A DNA stretch of 64,000 bases from Magallana gigas (taxonomy: Eukaryota): positions 7,006,001-7,070,000 of the forward strand of contig NC_088858.1 of the NCBI RefSeq assembly GCF_963853765.1, in the 5' to 3' direction. Position 1 is the first letter of the stretch, and each line of letters starts with the position of its first letter. The translations under genes were made by a program, and so were the position numbers. Below, piece after piece: positions 1 through 11,322 of this stretch. Under the pieces are notes generated by a model. It was given only the letters and a program-made list of their open reading frames with translations. It made no database searches and was not told where the DNA came from.

Positions 1-2499
1 GACTTTGACTTTGTCCTGTGGACCCTGGGCTATTCCTGTAACTGTTCCCTGCTCCGTGTTCCTCACCCAACCGACCAGACCCAGGGACTTAGCCTTTTTC
101 TTTGTAAACTTTGTAACACATTAAACTAATTACTTTTTAGGGGAAATTTTGTCACATTGGAAAGGCTTGACTTATGAAATTAATAAAAAAATTATATATA
201 TTAAGTAAAACATCTGTAGAATTACCTTCCTGAAAAATACATCTGAAAAAGAAATAATAAAAATATCAATTTAAAATAAAGAACAAATTGGACAAAAGTC
301 TGTAATAGAACATCCACGATTATACAGAATTAGAGTGTTAAAAATGTTATGGAGTAAGTTACATGTACACACGCCTCCGTAAATTGATTAGAACAAACAA
401 ATTCTTGGGGAATGGTGGTGATTATTAATGACGATGCAATATTGCTTGAAATATTTGCGGATCATTATGGTACATGCATGTACATTATCTTGTCACAGAA
501 ATGCAGGTTATTATTCCCAAGATATTTTTATTTGACAACTGAAAGAATCATGATGCAAGATGAATTGGTTTTACATTGCACCTTATATCACTTTGGTCTA
601 GTTTAAATGGCTGGAAATGGACCATTTTTACTATACATGTAATAATACAGAGGTAGTGTTTAAGTTGACTATAAAAAAACTCATTTGAACGTGTCTCAAT
701 CTAATTAAAATTAGATGTTAGATCCGCTCCCTTACTACTTGTGTAGCGAGTAAGCGAGCGGATCTAACATCAAATTTAAATTAGATTGAACGTGTCTTAC
801 TTAACAATTTTCAGTCATTTTCAAAGAAAATTTATATCGATATATCTTTTGGATAAAATAAATAAATGTAGTCACAAACCAACGTTAGATACAAACTAAC
901 ATGCCTTAACCTATGTATATACATGTATTATGTATAATTATATACACTGGAAATTAATTGAGTATCTCAGTATTGTCCAAATTCGCCCCTTTTTATTCAA
1001 GGATTGGGTACACCCTCAGTCGATCGAACATCATCTTCGCTAACCAAGGTTTACGATCCGCTCCTCTCAAAAGAGAGGGAAGAAGAGGAGCGGATCGTCA
1101 TCCTCGGTTAGCGAAGATGGTCCACCACAAACTAAGGTGGTGGTGAAAATTATGTTATATACACTAATCATATTCTAAATCATAATGCATGCAGGACAAG
1201 ATGTCAGCCAGATCTAGCTCTGTATCCAAGCGTTTCGTTGTTCAACCAGAAGATCTGCGTTAGTTGTCAAAAAGAAAGTGGTTTCTATTAACTGTGAAAT
1301 GCTGTTTAAAATCTCACTTCTTTCCCATGTTTCCCTAGAAATTTCTTTTTTTATTTACAATATTAATACTACTGAGTACACAGGAAAAGGCACAGCGAGT
1401 CCATATGCATCCCAGCCTTCATCTATTTTCGAAGAATGCAGTTCTGTGGTGATGCTGAATTATGCCTGATCACGCCATCTTCCCAAGTCAAGGGTTTCTG
1501 ATCCGCACCGCTTTGTGAGATTTAGAAATACAAGAAAACGTCGGTTGAAAAAGTTGGGGGAGGGGGTGTTCTCGCATTATCACCGGTGTGAGATCGGTTT
1601 GTCCAGCGTGACAGCAGTGTGAGATTTTTTGGTCTTACACTGTGTATTACTACGCCGCTTTTTAAAAACGTAAAAAACGTTGTCTGCTTTAGAGAAATGA
1701 AAAATGATGGATTGAAATTATCCATTGAGTAATTGTTTTGCTTATTAATTATAGTTTATCATATTTTAATTGAAATAAATGTCGTGTGCTCTCATCGGAG
1801 GGATAAATCGAAAGTAATCAACAGAGTAGTCAGAAATCAGTTTTTAATGTAAAATAATGCGAGAAAAATAATCATTCATTATATACTCGGGTGGGGTAGT
1901 GAAATTCCACCTCGGGGCCAAGATTCACTGTCTAGAACTCGGCAAAGCCTCGTCATAGACCGTGAATATTGTCACCGAGGTGGAAGTTCACTATCCCACA
2001 CTCGTAAAAATGAATGATTCTATTACTCCCTTTATCCCCCTCTCCCGTTGTTAGTGCAGGCCTGCTAATACATGTACATACATCGGCCATCTCTTCCTTA
2101 CTAGAACAATTTTAACAAGGCCTTGGACTTTTAGTATGACGTAACTATCTATTTTTTGCGTCCAAACACTTAGCTCAAAAGCCAGACAAAACTTGTTGAT
2201 TTCAAAGAGCAATGGCACTGGCAGAGTGGCCAACAATGAAATAGACAGGCCTACGTCACATTGCAGTTTGACACCAACTACCCAAAGTCAAAGCTCTTGT
2301 TAAAATGGTTCTAATACTCCCCGCGGTTTAAGTTAGGAGGGTGAACCCTACGTGAAACCAGTGCCGGGCCACGAGAGGTGCACTGATGATCCGGTCGTTT
2401 AGATTCACAATAAAAAATCAATCAGAGAACACAGCTTTCTATACCTTGCACTATGCCAAAAATCTCAAAATCGAAAGAGACTAATTCCGATTCTGCCAT
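1..2499 (-). CDS. ACYP: Acylphosphatase paralog B, 3'-partial: join(2499-2445, 242-226, 108-1); continues beyond the window start
   Basis: Spliced by hand with GT-AG junctions: MAESELVSFDFEIFGIVQ/DVFFRK/FTKKKAKSLGLVGWVRNTEQGTVTGIAQGPQDKVKV. It carries the acylphosphatase motifs VQxVFFR and GLVGWVRNT. Exon sizes (55, 17, >=108) mirror paralog A. Confidence 0.93.
697..788. mobile_element. 92-bp hairpin MITE with 9-bp TSD (Mutator-like)
   Basis: Imperfect ~33-bp inverted arms CAATCTAATT...GATCCGCTC / GAGCGGATC...AATTAGATTG, flanked by the direct repeat AACGTGTCT at 688-696 and 789-797. Confidence 0.75.
1032..1119. mobile_element. 88-bp palindromic MITE-like element
   Basis: CATCTTCGCTAACCAAGG...GATCCGCTCCTCT paired with AGAGGAGCGGATC...CCTCGGTTAGCGAAGATG. 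No TSD resolved. Confidence 0.6.
1870..2019. repeat. ~150-bp imperfect palindrome (non-autonomous element-like)
   Basis: AATCATTCATT..GTAGTGAAATTCCACCTCGG..ATTCAC paired with GTGAAT..CCGAGGTGGAAGTTCACTAT..AATGAATGATT. Confidence 0.6.
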
Positions 2500-3125
2500 C
2501 GTTACTACACAGTGCACAAGCGTGCCGTTTATAACTGTATTTATTACTAAAATACCGACCTATTCCAGTTCAACGACCTAACAAAAAATCAAACCGGAAG
2601 TCAAAAGTGAACGGTACTAAAATGAAAACCAAACACCTTTCCTTCCTGAAACCGGACTAGCGAAATTCCATTTACAAAATTTGCAATATATGGCTGTGAT
2701 TAGATACGAGGATTTTCTACAGATACTGAGTTCAATATCAATCCCGCAATACAATACTGTCAGACTAATCAGCTTTCTTACATTTTTTTAAAATTCATTT
2801 AAAAATTGAATTCAATAATTTTTCACAGTAAAAATTGTAAAGATTTAATATGTAAAACCAGAAGTTTAGCAGAATAGCTACCAATTATGTACAAGCTGGC
2901 ACAGTTAATGACAAAGATATTAGACAAAAATATACATGTACATGTACATTCTAGATTTAAAAATTAGTATTTACGCCTTAAGTTGATATAGATAATATGT
3001 CACACATAGTTTTAAAAAGTCTTAACATAAAACAACAAAGCAGATTTTGTCAGGGTACAAAATAAGAACTTTGTTTATCTGTGATTAACATTACACAGTC
3101 AGACCAACACAATTTGTCAATACAG

Positions 3126-6100
3126 CTAGTGCCGCACCACGAAGTCTTCGAACTCGAGGTTTGAAACAGATTTTTCGTTTTTGAACACAGCACGGTCAAT
3201 CCTTGATTTTCGACTACCTTTTGTTTGTAACCATTTCTTCCTAAAATAGTAAAAAAAATTATATATCGCAAAAATCTATTTTTTGCTTTTCTTGTTTATT
3301 TTATTCTGCAGAAATATTTTTTATAATAACACGTGTATCACGATAATGTAATATGGTGAGTTTTCAAACGGGTAGGGTTTAAATACAAAATTCACAATTA
3401 TTTGGAAACTAGTTCACCTGTTGAATATAGTAGAAGAATATCATAGAAGAGAAGATATTAATTAAAGGAAACAAACAATATCCAATTTTCTCTTTTCTTT
3501 GTTGTTTTATACGAGATATGCAAACAGTTATAATCATCGCAGGAAAAAAGTGCCTTTTCTGCAATACCCGCAAAAGTTGCACCCGTAATACAAAACAAAG
3601 AATTATCAACATTACATTGAAACCTTCTCTTTTCTCATTCTCCCATCATCCCTACACTCACATCTCCGCCAGTTTTTTCTCCTCCCCCTGGGCCACGCCC
3701 TCCACCGTCTTTTGCTCTGTGTTCCTGACCCAGCCCACTAGCCCCAGAGATTCCGCTGTCTTCTGAGTGTACTGTTCACGAACAAACAATGGTCTTTTTA
3801 AAACGTTCAAGCTAATGTAAACTTAATTTCAAATAAAATTAGAATTCAATTCATTGATTGAAATCGAAAAATGATGCATTTCATAAACACTGCTTAAGAT
3901 TCCCATCGTTTTCTACATTGTGTACATGTTAATAAACACTTTCAATTGCATGAATGAATGTATATTTTTCTAGTGATCAATGCGATACCTACGTGTAGGT
4001 ATACTAGGCTTAGCCTATGAGGAGCACGTTTACCTGAATGTCAACTACTGTACACGTAATTTGGTCAGTACGGGGTTACTTATAGATACCGCTGTCATCA
4101 TGGAATTATGCTGACTGGCGGCCTGCACGAATGTGGTAAGATGATATCCGACTTTGACTCAGCAGTGTTAATGTGCTGACTCAGTGGAAATATCTTACTC
4201 GACAGACAATAGTTGTTCATGTACCTACTTATAATTTCGAATCAAATAAAAAATAAGTACATTGACTAACACACTTTGTAAAAGTATTTATAATTTAGAA
4301 TATATAACGTGAAAATATCATTAAATGTTAGTAGAATAAATTCTGTACGTTTTTTTGTTGTTGTTGTTTTGCACACGTAAGGACATGCTAGAGATCAAAT
4401 AAATCTCTGTATAAACCTAAGAAGGCCGGATGGTCCACAAATTAACCATCAAATCTACTTCAATCTTTAATATATGATTTGTTTAGCAATAACCTATTAC
4501 ATGCATTTAGTAAAGAAACCATCCATTTATTTTACTTTTAAACTTGGGTATTTTCCACTATGTATATTTAGAGCTCTTCTTCTAAAAGAGATAAATAAAG
4601 TCTAAAAATGGCCGCGACCATCGAGCCCTCTCAAGATTCTACCATGTCTACCATGCACTCGGAATACCAACCTTCCTAAAGAAAACTCCTGCAAAGAGAA
4701 ACAAAACGGCATTTAAATACAATGATCAGATGATTGAAAATGTTGGTCCTTATACAGAAAGGAACAAATTTTGTGTTGTTGATTTTACAAAATGTATATA
4801 TCACATAAATAATCATTTTGCGAAAGAGATGCATTAAATAATGACCAAATAATATATTGGTGACACTGAGAGTGTTGAGACACCTTGAATAATACTCGTG
4901 CAATTGATTTGTTTTTTGTTTTAATCTCCTCAAGGTTATTTCCCGTATGGAGACCAGAGGAAATCTAGATCTCGCCGTTTGCATGTATTGCATAAGGGTC
5001 CAAAACGTTTTCAAAATTCAACCAAACATTAGGTTTGTGCAAATGAAATTACATTTCATATTTCTTTTGGCAAATAGTGTGCGAGAACTAAAAAAAAAAA
5101 ATCATTTTTTATTTTTTATCCTTTGTAAACTCGGAAGACTGCAGCGGTATTTCGCCAGGCAACAAAAAAAAAATAACCGTGTCCGACCTCCTTGGACAGT
5201 CAGAAGTTTCAACTTATGGACTATGGATGACATATTTAGATAAGTTAAGAGCTCTAACAGAAATCACTTCATTTGTAACAAAATTTATCAACCATACATG
5301 TACATCATGATCACTAATGAAAAAAAAAGGATCGTCAGATTCTTCCGTTATTGGCAATAGTAGCCAATATTTACATTAACCAGACAAATGGGAGAGTATT
5401 GTATAAATATGCAATGTGTGCAATCATATAAAATTCTTGATATTATAAAATAAGCTAACTACTTTTAGAAAAATATGAATAAGACGGACAATCAAAATAT
5501 CACATGTTATTAACATAACCAATTCTATGAGAAGCAATTAAATTTAGTGTCGCTCGGGCGATCGGTAAGAAACATTTACTTTTTGCCTCAGCCAACCCCC
5601 CCCCCCCCCCAACAAACAAACAAACAAATAGCAAAAGAGCCAAGGTTAATTAAATCAGGGGTTTAACTTCTTTGGTTGATTGACAGCCCAATCACCACCG
5701 ATGTATCATCGGTAATACATATGCATGGATATTTATATTGACTGTTTTGCATTTTCATACATTTTATTTGTTCGCTCAATATCCTTAAATGACTAAATTT
5801 TGACATGAACGAAATCTATATTATAAATAATGTGTGTATTCTTCTATATTTCAAGATTAAAAGCTAAACACAACGCCAATAAAGTCTTTAATACTGATTA
5901 CATGTAGCCAGGGAATGGCCATCATACATAATAAATGATAAATTACAACGGCAGGTAAGTTTATGAGACAGTGGGCCCAAAATAAACACGAGAGATGGAG
6001 ATCTGTAACAAAGAAACGATTAACTAATTAATATCAATGTGCTCCCATCAAAAGATATGAATAACTCTGCATATATGATCCAATTAAACATAATCTACAT

Positions 6101-8787
6101 ATGTTTATTGCTTTTTAGTGAGATGCAGCGCTTTTTTATTAGTGAAGGACTCTTCTTTTCCCTCACTTAGAAACTATTCATAAGTTTCTGTGTCAGTAAG
6201 ACTTACACTATGATGTTTAGCTATTGAGTCTTGTACGTGAAGTACGCAAAAAGAACATAATATTTTTTTTGTGTGCATATACCGGTATATCAATATATTC
6301 TTAATATAAGCAACTTTATTGTTTAATTGTGTTAAATTTACATTTTTAGAAATTGCATAATCCTTTATTCCAGTTCGGTCATATGAAGAACTGTAAATAA
6401 TATCCATTTTTTGAATATCTTTTTTCTAATTTTTGAAAAACTTTAATCATAAACAATGGCAGACTTCAAAAGACGGCTCATCAGATTCTCTGGTTGATTA
6501 AGTAGTTGTAAACTTAGAGTAGCCATTTTATTCTCCAATTTACGGACAAGTTCAATCATATTACACTCTAGTAATGTTTATGTTTCATAATTTAATTAAT
6601 AATAATTTGTTGCTACAATAATGTCAATGTTAATTTGATTATCTCAATTTACGCTAGATATTACATGTTTTTGAACTAAGCAAAATAACCAGTTAGTATA
6701 GCACAGTGTACCTGTTTAGAATGAAAATAGAAGGTGCTACAGAACTGTTATATGTATAGTTAGCTGTATATACGGTAAATGTACATAAAGCTGTGCTGGC
6801 TAATGGGCCCCCCCTGATGAACAGCCGGACAGATAAATGACAATGCAGGTGTCATGTTCTCAGCTGGACTCTGCAATTTCTGCGTATATGATCTGTGGTT
6901 TTATTTTCCAGTCATAGTGCCTGCACATTACTATCAATCATACATTCAATTTATTAATTTTTCATTGGAAAAGAAATGATAATTCTGACCATTGGATGTA
7001 AATAGAGATGTTATATGTAGAAAGCACACTTATAAGACCAAATAATATCTTAAACAGAGGGGCATCATTATTCCAGACACTATATAATAATGCAGACACT
7101 TCTCATTTAAGATTAAAATGATTCATATATTTAAATAATCATTAATTAAATCATTAAAAAAAATTAATCAATATCTAATAATTTAATCAATTTCGTTGGG
7201 AACAAAGGTACCAGTATTAACACCCTCCATTGCAAATACTGATCAACCCAATTCTCGGGAAAATTTTTGTAGACAATTTACTACTGATATCGTTCTTTAC
7301 AGAGTACTTAGTCGCCAGTTTTACATATTATATTTATTAAACAAACTGCACCACTTCACTTTACGGGGCTGGTGGTGGTGTTACAAAGAATATCAGAGGT
7401 AACTAAAGTGACGATATCTGTAGTAAAATGTCCGAATAATTTTTAGAATCCAAGATATGTAAAGAATGTGTTCGGAAATAAGATAAGCCAAACACTAGCG
7501 CAATTTTTTGTGCGCCGTAAATTGCAACTTTTTAACAGACACGAAACTGTAGCTCCCAGTTCGTCAATCCGAATTTTTTTCAGAACGGTTCACAATGTTT
7601 ATAAAAATGGTGTTCTTGCTTAAATACAGAACAACGATAGATTTAATTACTTTTGTTACACAGCAATTTAATTATCATAACTTTTTTTTTATAAATTAGA
7701 TAAGAATTCACTTTATTTCTTATTGTTTTATTTTCTGTTTAGTTTAGACAAGAAAGATGCATTGTTCAATTTTCAAATGTAGCATCAACCGTTTAATGTA
7801 TATCTCATGTTGTGATGTTGGCAAAATATATTAAACAATATGTAGACAGATAAATAAATTATATCTTTAAAAATCGTATTATCACACACTGCTTTGAAAC
7901 TTTATTATATTTAATGCACTTTGACTGTTAAATACAAAGACAACAAAAAAAACCCCATGCATTTCAATGGCGCCGGAAGCAAATTGAAAATGGGGGGGGG
8001 GGGGGGGGGGGGCTAGACTGATCATCAGAAATCTTGACAAGTCAAAAAAAAAAGGCGAAAAATTCCCAAAATCATCATGAAAATGGGGGGGGGGGACTGC
8101 TATACCTATGACCCATGACTCCAATTTTAAACATTACTATTATAGTATTTCAATCTTTTTAAACGTAGATTTAGGAACAATTATGTTTGCTGCGAGATAA
8201 AGTGGGGGGGGGGGGGTGGCCCCTCCCTGATGCTATGTGCCTGATGGTTAGGTCTAACTTTGCAAAAAAGTGGTATGGCTAAGCACCCCCCCCCCCCCCC
8301 CGGTTCCGACGCCTATGCATTTTGAAAGGACATTCGTACAGCGAAATTACTTATCAGTAACCCTGTAAACCACTTCTTACACAGTACAATTATCATTTCT
8401 AATATTTCTAATGTCCACTGAGCTGATACCTACCAATCAAATTCTTTTGGCATTATCACATATTCACTCGAAATTTTGATCATAATTGCATTCCTTTTCA
8501 ACTAGGCTATGATTTTTATCATCTTAGTGGCCAAAGCCCTGCACTTATTTCATGAATTATATTACAAGTCTGTAACTAGATCTGTATATATCATCTTGGT
8601 GGTTATTCTCTTTTGAGAAGTGGACAGGCATAGATGTAGGCTATGCCTGTCCACTTCTCAAAAGAGAATACTTGGTGGTATTCGTATATTTCCATACAGT
8701 GCAGATAATGTAAACAAAGCATCGTTATTTACCTTGTACTTTACCAAATATTTCGTATTCAAATGATGCCAGTTTCGTCCCTGCCAT
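3126..8787 (-). CDS. ACYP: Acylphosphatase paralog A, complete, 98 aa: join(8787-8733, 4688-4672, 3771-3662, 3240-3126)
   Basis: MAGTKLASFEYEIFGKVQGVFFRKYTQKTAESLGLVGWVRNTEQKTVEGVAQGEEKKLAEMKKWLQTKGSRKSRIDRAVFKNEKSVSNLEFEDFVVRH*. All junctions are GT-AG and in frame. The GKVQGVFFR signature and the catalytic Arg and Asn are intact. Confidence 0.96.
8604..8670. mobile_element. 67-bp perfect hairpin mini-MITE with 9-bp TSD, in intron 1 of ACYP-A
   Basis: Perfect 30-bp inverted repeat TATTCTCTTTTGAGAAGTGGACAGGCATAG with a 7-nt loop. CTTGGTGGT is duplicated at 8595-8603 and 8671-8679. Confidence 0.8.
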
Positions 8788-9621
8788 TGAGCTCTTTAAA
8801 AAGCGTGCACACAGTACCCGAGTACAGCAGACCGCCTAGGTCGATGTTTGTTGACAACAAACCCAAAACTGGAACTCCTTTATCGTCAATAAAAACAGAA
8901 TTCATTTAGACAGCATTAATATACCCGGATTGATTCAACGAACCACTTTCCCCATGAACAAGCTGTAAAAGCGATGATTTTCTTTTTGTCTTTGGTTTAA
9001 ATTTGAATGGATTAGATTTGTATAATATCTTCATTTGATATTCATTCGCATTCAATATTTTCTACTTTTTCTTTTATATTTTCTATTTGTATTTTTTTTA
9101 TTTGTACATGTGTATTCGATATTTTGCAACTGTAGGAGACTCATTTATACCAAACCTCAATTATTTACTACGGCCGCTGGATTTCTAAATTAAACCAGTT
9201 TTCTGTTTTCCACAAGATAAAAGTAAAAACACAAGATAAAAGCTAGGCTTTAGTACATGTATACGCCGTCATCCTTATATAAGTACATTATTGTAGTTAA
9301 CCACGTTAAAAAAAATTGTTGAGAGAGATGCATTATAGTAAAACATATACTACAATGTGCGGTTCTTATGTCATAAAAAGCCGTAAAACCATCACACGAG
9401 CTAATAATAATGTCAATACCCCCAAGAAATGATATCCAATTAATAGACCATCTTAGTGTTATTAATGTCCAGTCATATCCAGCAACGCAATGTTTGATTA
9501 AATACATAACGGACATAGTTTATTGCGAGTATTGTTATTGCTCTGATGAATCAGTGAAATTGCTCGTTAAAAGTAGCGCTTGGATTTCCGGACTACATCC
9601 GATTTTGGCACCTGGGAAGTG

Positions 9622-9674
9622 TATATATAGGGGACGGAAAATTCACACACTAGACTGGACAGATCTCAACCAAG
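9622..9674 (+). promoter_or_regulatory. TATA box and short non-coding exon 1 of the Gly-rich gene
   Basis: TATATATA at 9622-9629; donor CAAG|GTAAGA at 9675; pyrimidine-rich acceptor AG at 9931-9932, 1 nt before the ATG. Confidence 0.65.
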
Positions 9675-9933
9675 GTAAGAGGGTCTCAAAAAGTTATCCA
9701 ATATCTACAACCGTTCTTAAAGGGTAACTCTCATCTGTATAACCATGTATAATTGTGTTAATCAAAAACTTTTCTTTGTTGTAAAATCAGATGTTCATTA
9801 CGTTAACAATTTACAGATTTTACGCACTTATTTTAAAGCTATAATAGAAATTATTAAAAACTTGGAATTCTATGGTCTTGAATACATATCGTGCAATATT
9901 AAGTTGCTTTCAATGGTTTCTTCCTCTATCAGC

Positions 9934-11322
9934 ATGAAGTCGTTTCTGTTTCTACTGAGCGTCGCGTGCTCCTGTTATGGACTTCACATCCTGCCGTGTG
10001 AGCCTGGAGACCCGGGGCCCCTGGGATGTGATGCCTACCAGAGAAACGGTGGCCGCCTAGACGTAGGTGGTGCCGGAGGTGGAGCCATGAATTCCATCGG
10101 GTTCGATCAGAATCAGAACGCCGGTTTTGGAAACGGACTTGGTTCCAATTTCCTGGAGCCAAGGCTCGAATTTGGAATGGACGGAGGAGTAGTGAACGAC
10201 TTTAACAATGGATTTGGTCAAGATGTCGGACTGGTCGATACTGGATTCGACAACGGCTTCCAAAATGACTTATCAGGGCTCAGTCTTGACTCCAATATCG
10301 GACCTGGGGGATTTGATCCCAGTCTCGGGGCTGGAGGATTTGACGCCGGTGTCGGCGGTGGATTTGACGCTAGCTTTGATGTGAACTCCGGTTTAGATGG
10401 GCCTTTCATTGGAGGGGGAGGTGGTGGTGGTTTTGATGGGTTCGACAACGGACTTGGAGGGAATATTGGCGGGCCATCCATCGGAGGAAACTTTGGCGGC
10501 GGGAAAGGTGGAATAATCGGGGGACCCTCGGTGGGGGGATTCAATGAAGGGTTTGGATTTGATGGAAACCTCGGTGGGGCAGACTTTGGACAGGACATAG
10601 GCTTTGGTGGTGCTGGTATTGGTAAAGGCAAAGGATTCGGAGGTGCCATCGGCAGTGGTGCAGGATTTGGAAAAGGAAATGGTATCGGTGGTGCCATCGG
10701 TGGTGGTGCAGGATTTGGAAAAGGAAAAGGTTTCGATGGTGGTATCGGCGGTAATGCAGGATTCGGAAAAGGCAAAGGTTTCGGTGGTGGCATTGCTGGT
10801 GGTGCAAAATTTGAAAAAGGGAAAGGCTTCGGTGGAGGTATCGGTGGTGGGAAGTTCGGTGGATCCCTAGGACCATCTTACCCTAAAAGAAAAGGCTTTA
10901 ATATCGACAGAAGATATAATAAAGGCTTCGGAGGTGGTTCTGGATGGGGGTCAAGAGGAAAGGGAATTATAGGGGGATCTCACGGAATCATGGGAGGAAA
11001 AGGCATTGGTGGAGGTAAAGGTATTATTGGAGGTATTGGAATCGGGGGCGGTTTCGGATTTAGAGGCGGACTCGGCAAAGGATTCGGTAAAAACAGAAGA
11101 ATGAACTACGGACCACAGTTGGGACATTCTTTGAAACCACGCATTGGAAAACGGCCAATTTTCCGTCATAGACGTCCAAACATATTCCCGATAAAAAGAC
11201 CTTACCCCAGCTTTGGAATTCGAAGTCCAGTCTCAATGCTACCAAAATCATACGGAAGAGTTTCTAATTATCCAAAGAATATGCCAATTAAGCCGATCCG
11301 ACGAATGGCGTCCGGTTACTAA
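9934..11322 (+). CDS. Secreted Gly-rich low-complexity protein, 462 aa (acidic G/D/F block, 16-aa GKGKGF repeats, basic R/K/P/Y tail); shell-matrix/shematrin-like architecture
   Basis: Long GC-richer ORF. The real start is probably MKSFLFLLSVACSCYG (signal-peptide-like) right after the splice acceptor, not the ORF-track start at 9745. Ends in RRMASGY*. Candidate 3'UTR intron 11333-11482; AATAAA at 11624. Confidence 0.9.
   Translation: MKSFLFLLSVACSCYGLHILPCEPGDPGPLGCDAYQRNGGRLDVGGAGGGAMNSIGFDQNQNAGFGNGLGSNFLEPRLEFGMDGGVVNDFNNGFGQDVGLVDTGFDNGFQNDLSGLSLDSNIGPGGFDPSLGAGGFDAGVGGGFDASFDVNSGLDGPFIGGGGGGGFDGFDNGLGGNIGGPSIGGNFGGGKGGIIGGPSVGGFNEGFGFDGNLGGADFGQDIGFGGAGIGKGKGFGGAIGSGAGFGKGNGIGGAIGGGAGFGKGKGFDGGIGGNAGFGKGKGFGGGIAGGAKFEKGKGFGGGIGGGKFGGSLGPSYPKRKGFNIDRRYNKGFGGGSGWGSRGKGIIGGSHGIMGGKGIGGGKGIIGGIGIGGGFGFRGGLGKGFGKNRRMNYGPQLGHSLKPRIGKRPIFRHRRPNIFPIKRPYPSFGIRSPVSMLPKSYGRVSNYPKNMPIKPIRRMASGY

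Noticed and set aside
1278-1725. Short ORFs inside intron 1 of ACYP-B
   Set aside because: No recognisable protein features, start context or splice support.
7969-8340. Poly-G/C tracts here and at 5597, 14730, 15068, 26685, 50470 and 59900 as possible G-quadruplex regulators
   Set aside because: They sit within common degenerate interspersed repeats, homopolymer lengths are error-prone, and nothing links them to the genes.
9563-9570. CTCGTTAA motif ~60 bp upstream of the TATA box here and at 53020
   Set aside because: Not found at a comparable position in the other promoters, and two hits of an 8-mer are not enough to call a shared regulatory site.
9745-9933. ORF-track N-terminal extensions (also 21567-21722, 25656-25676, 47771-47833, 55970-55884, 61693-61616)
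   Set aside because: AT-rich intron sequence upstream of a splice acceptor. The signal peptide starts at the ATG just after the AG.
10218-10793. Pro-rich antisense ORF (191 aa) and other overlapping ORFs at 9929-11251
   Set aside because: Reverse-complement shadows of GGN-rich codons in the Gly-rich gene.
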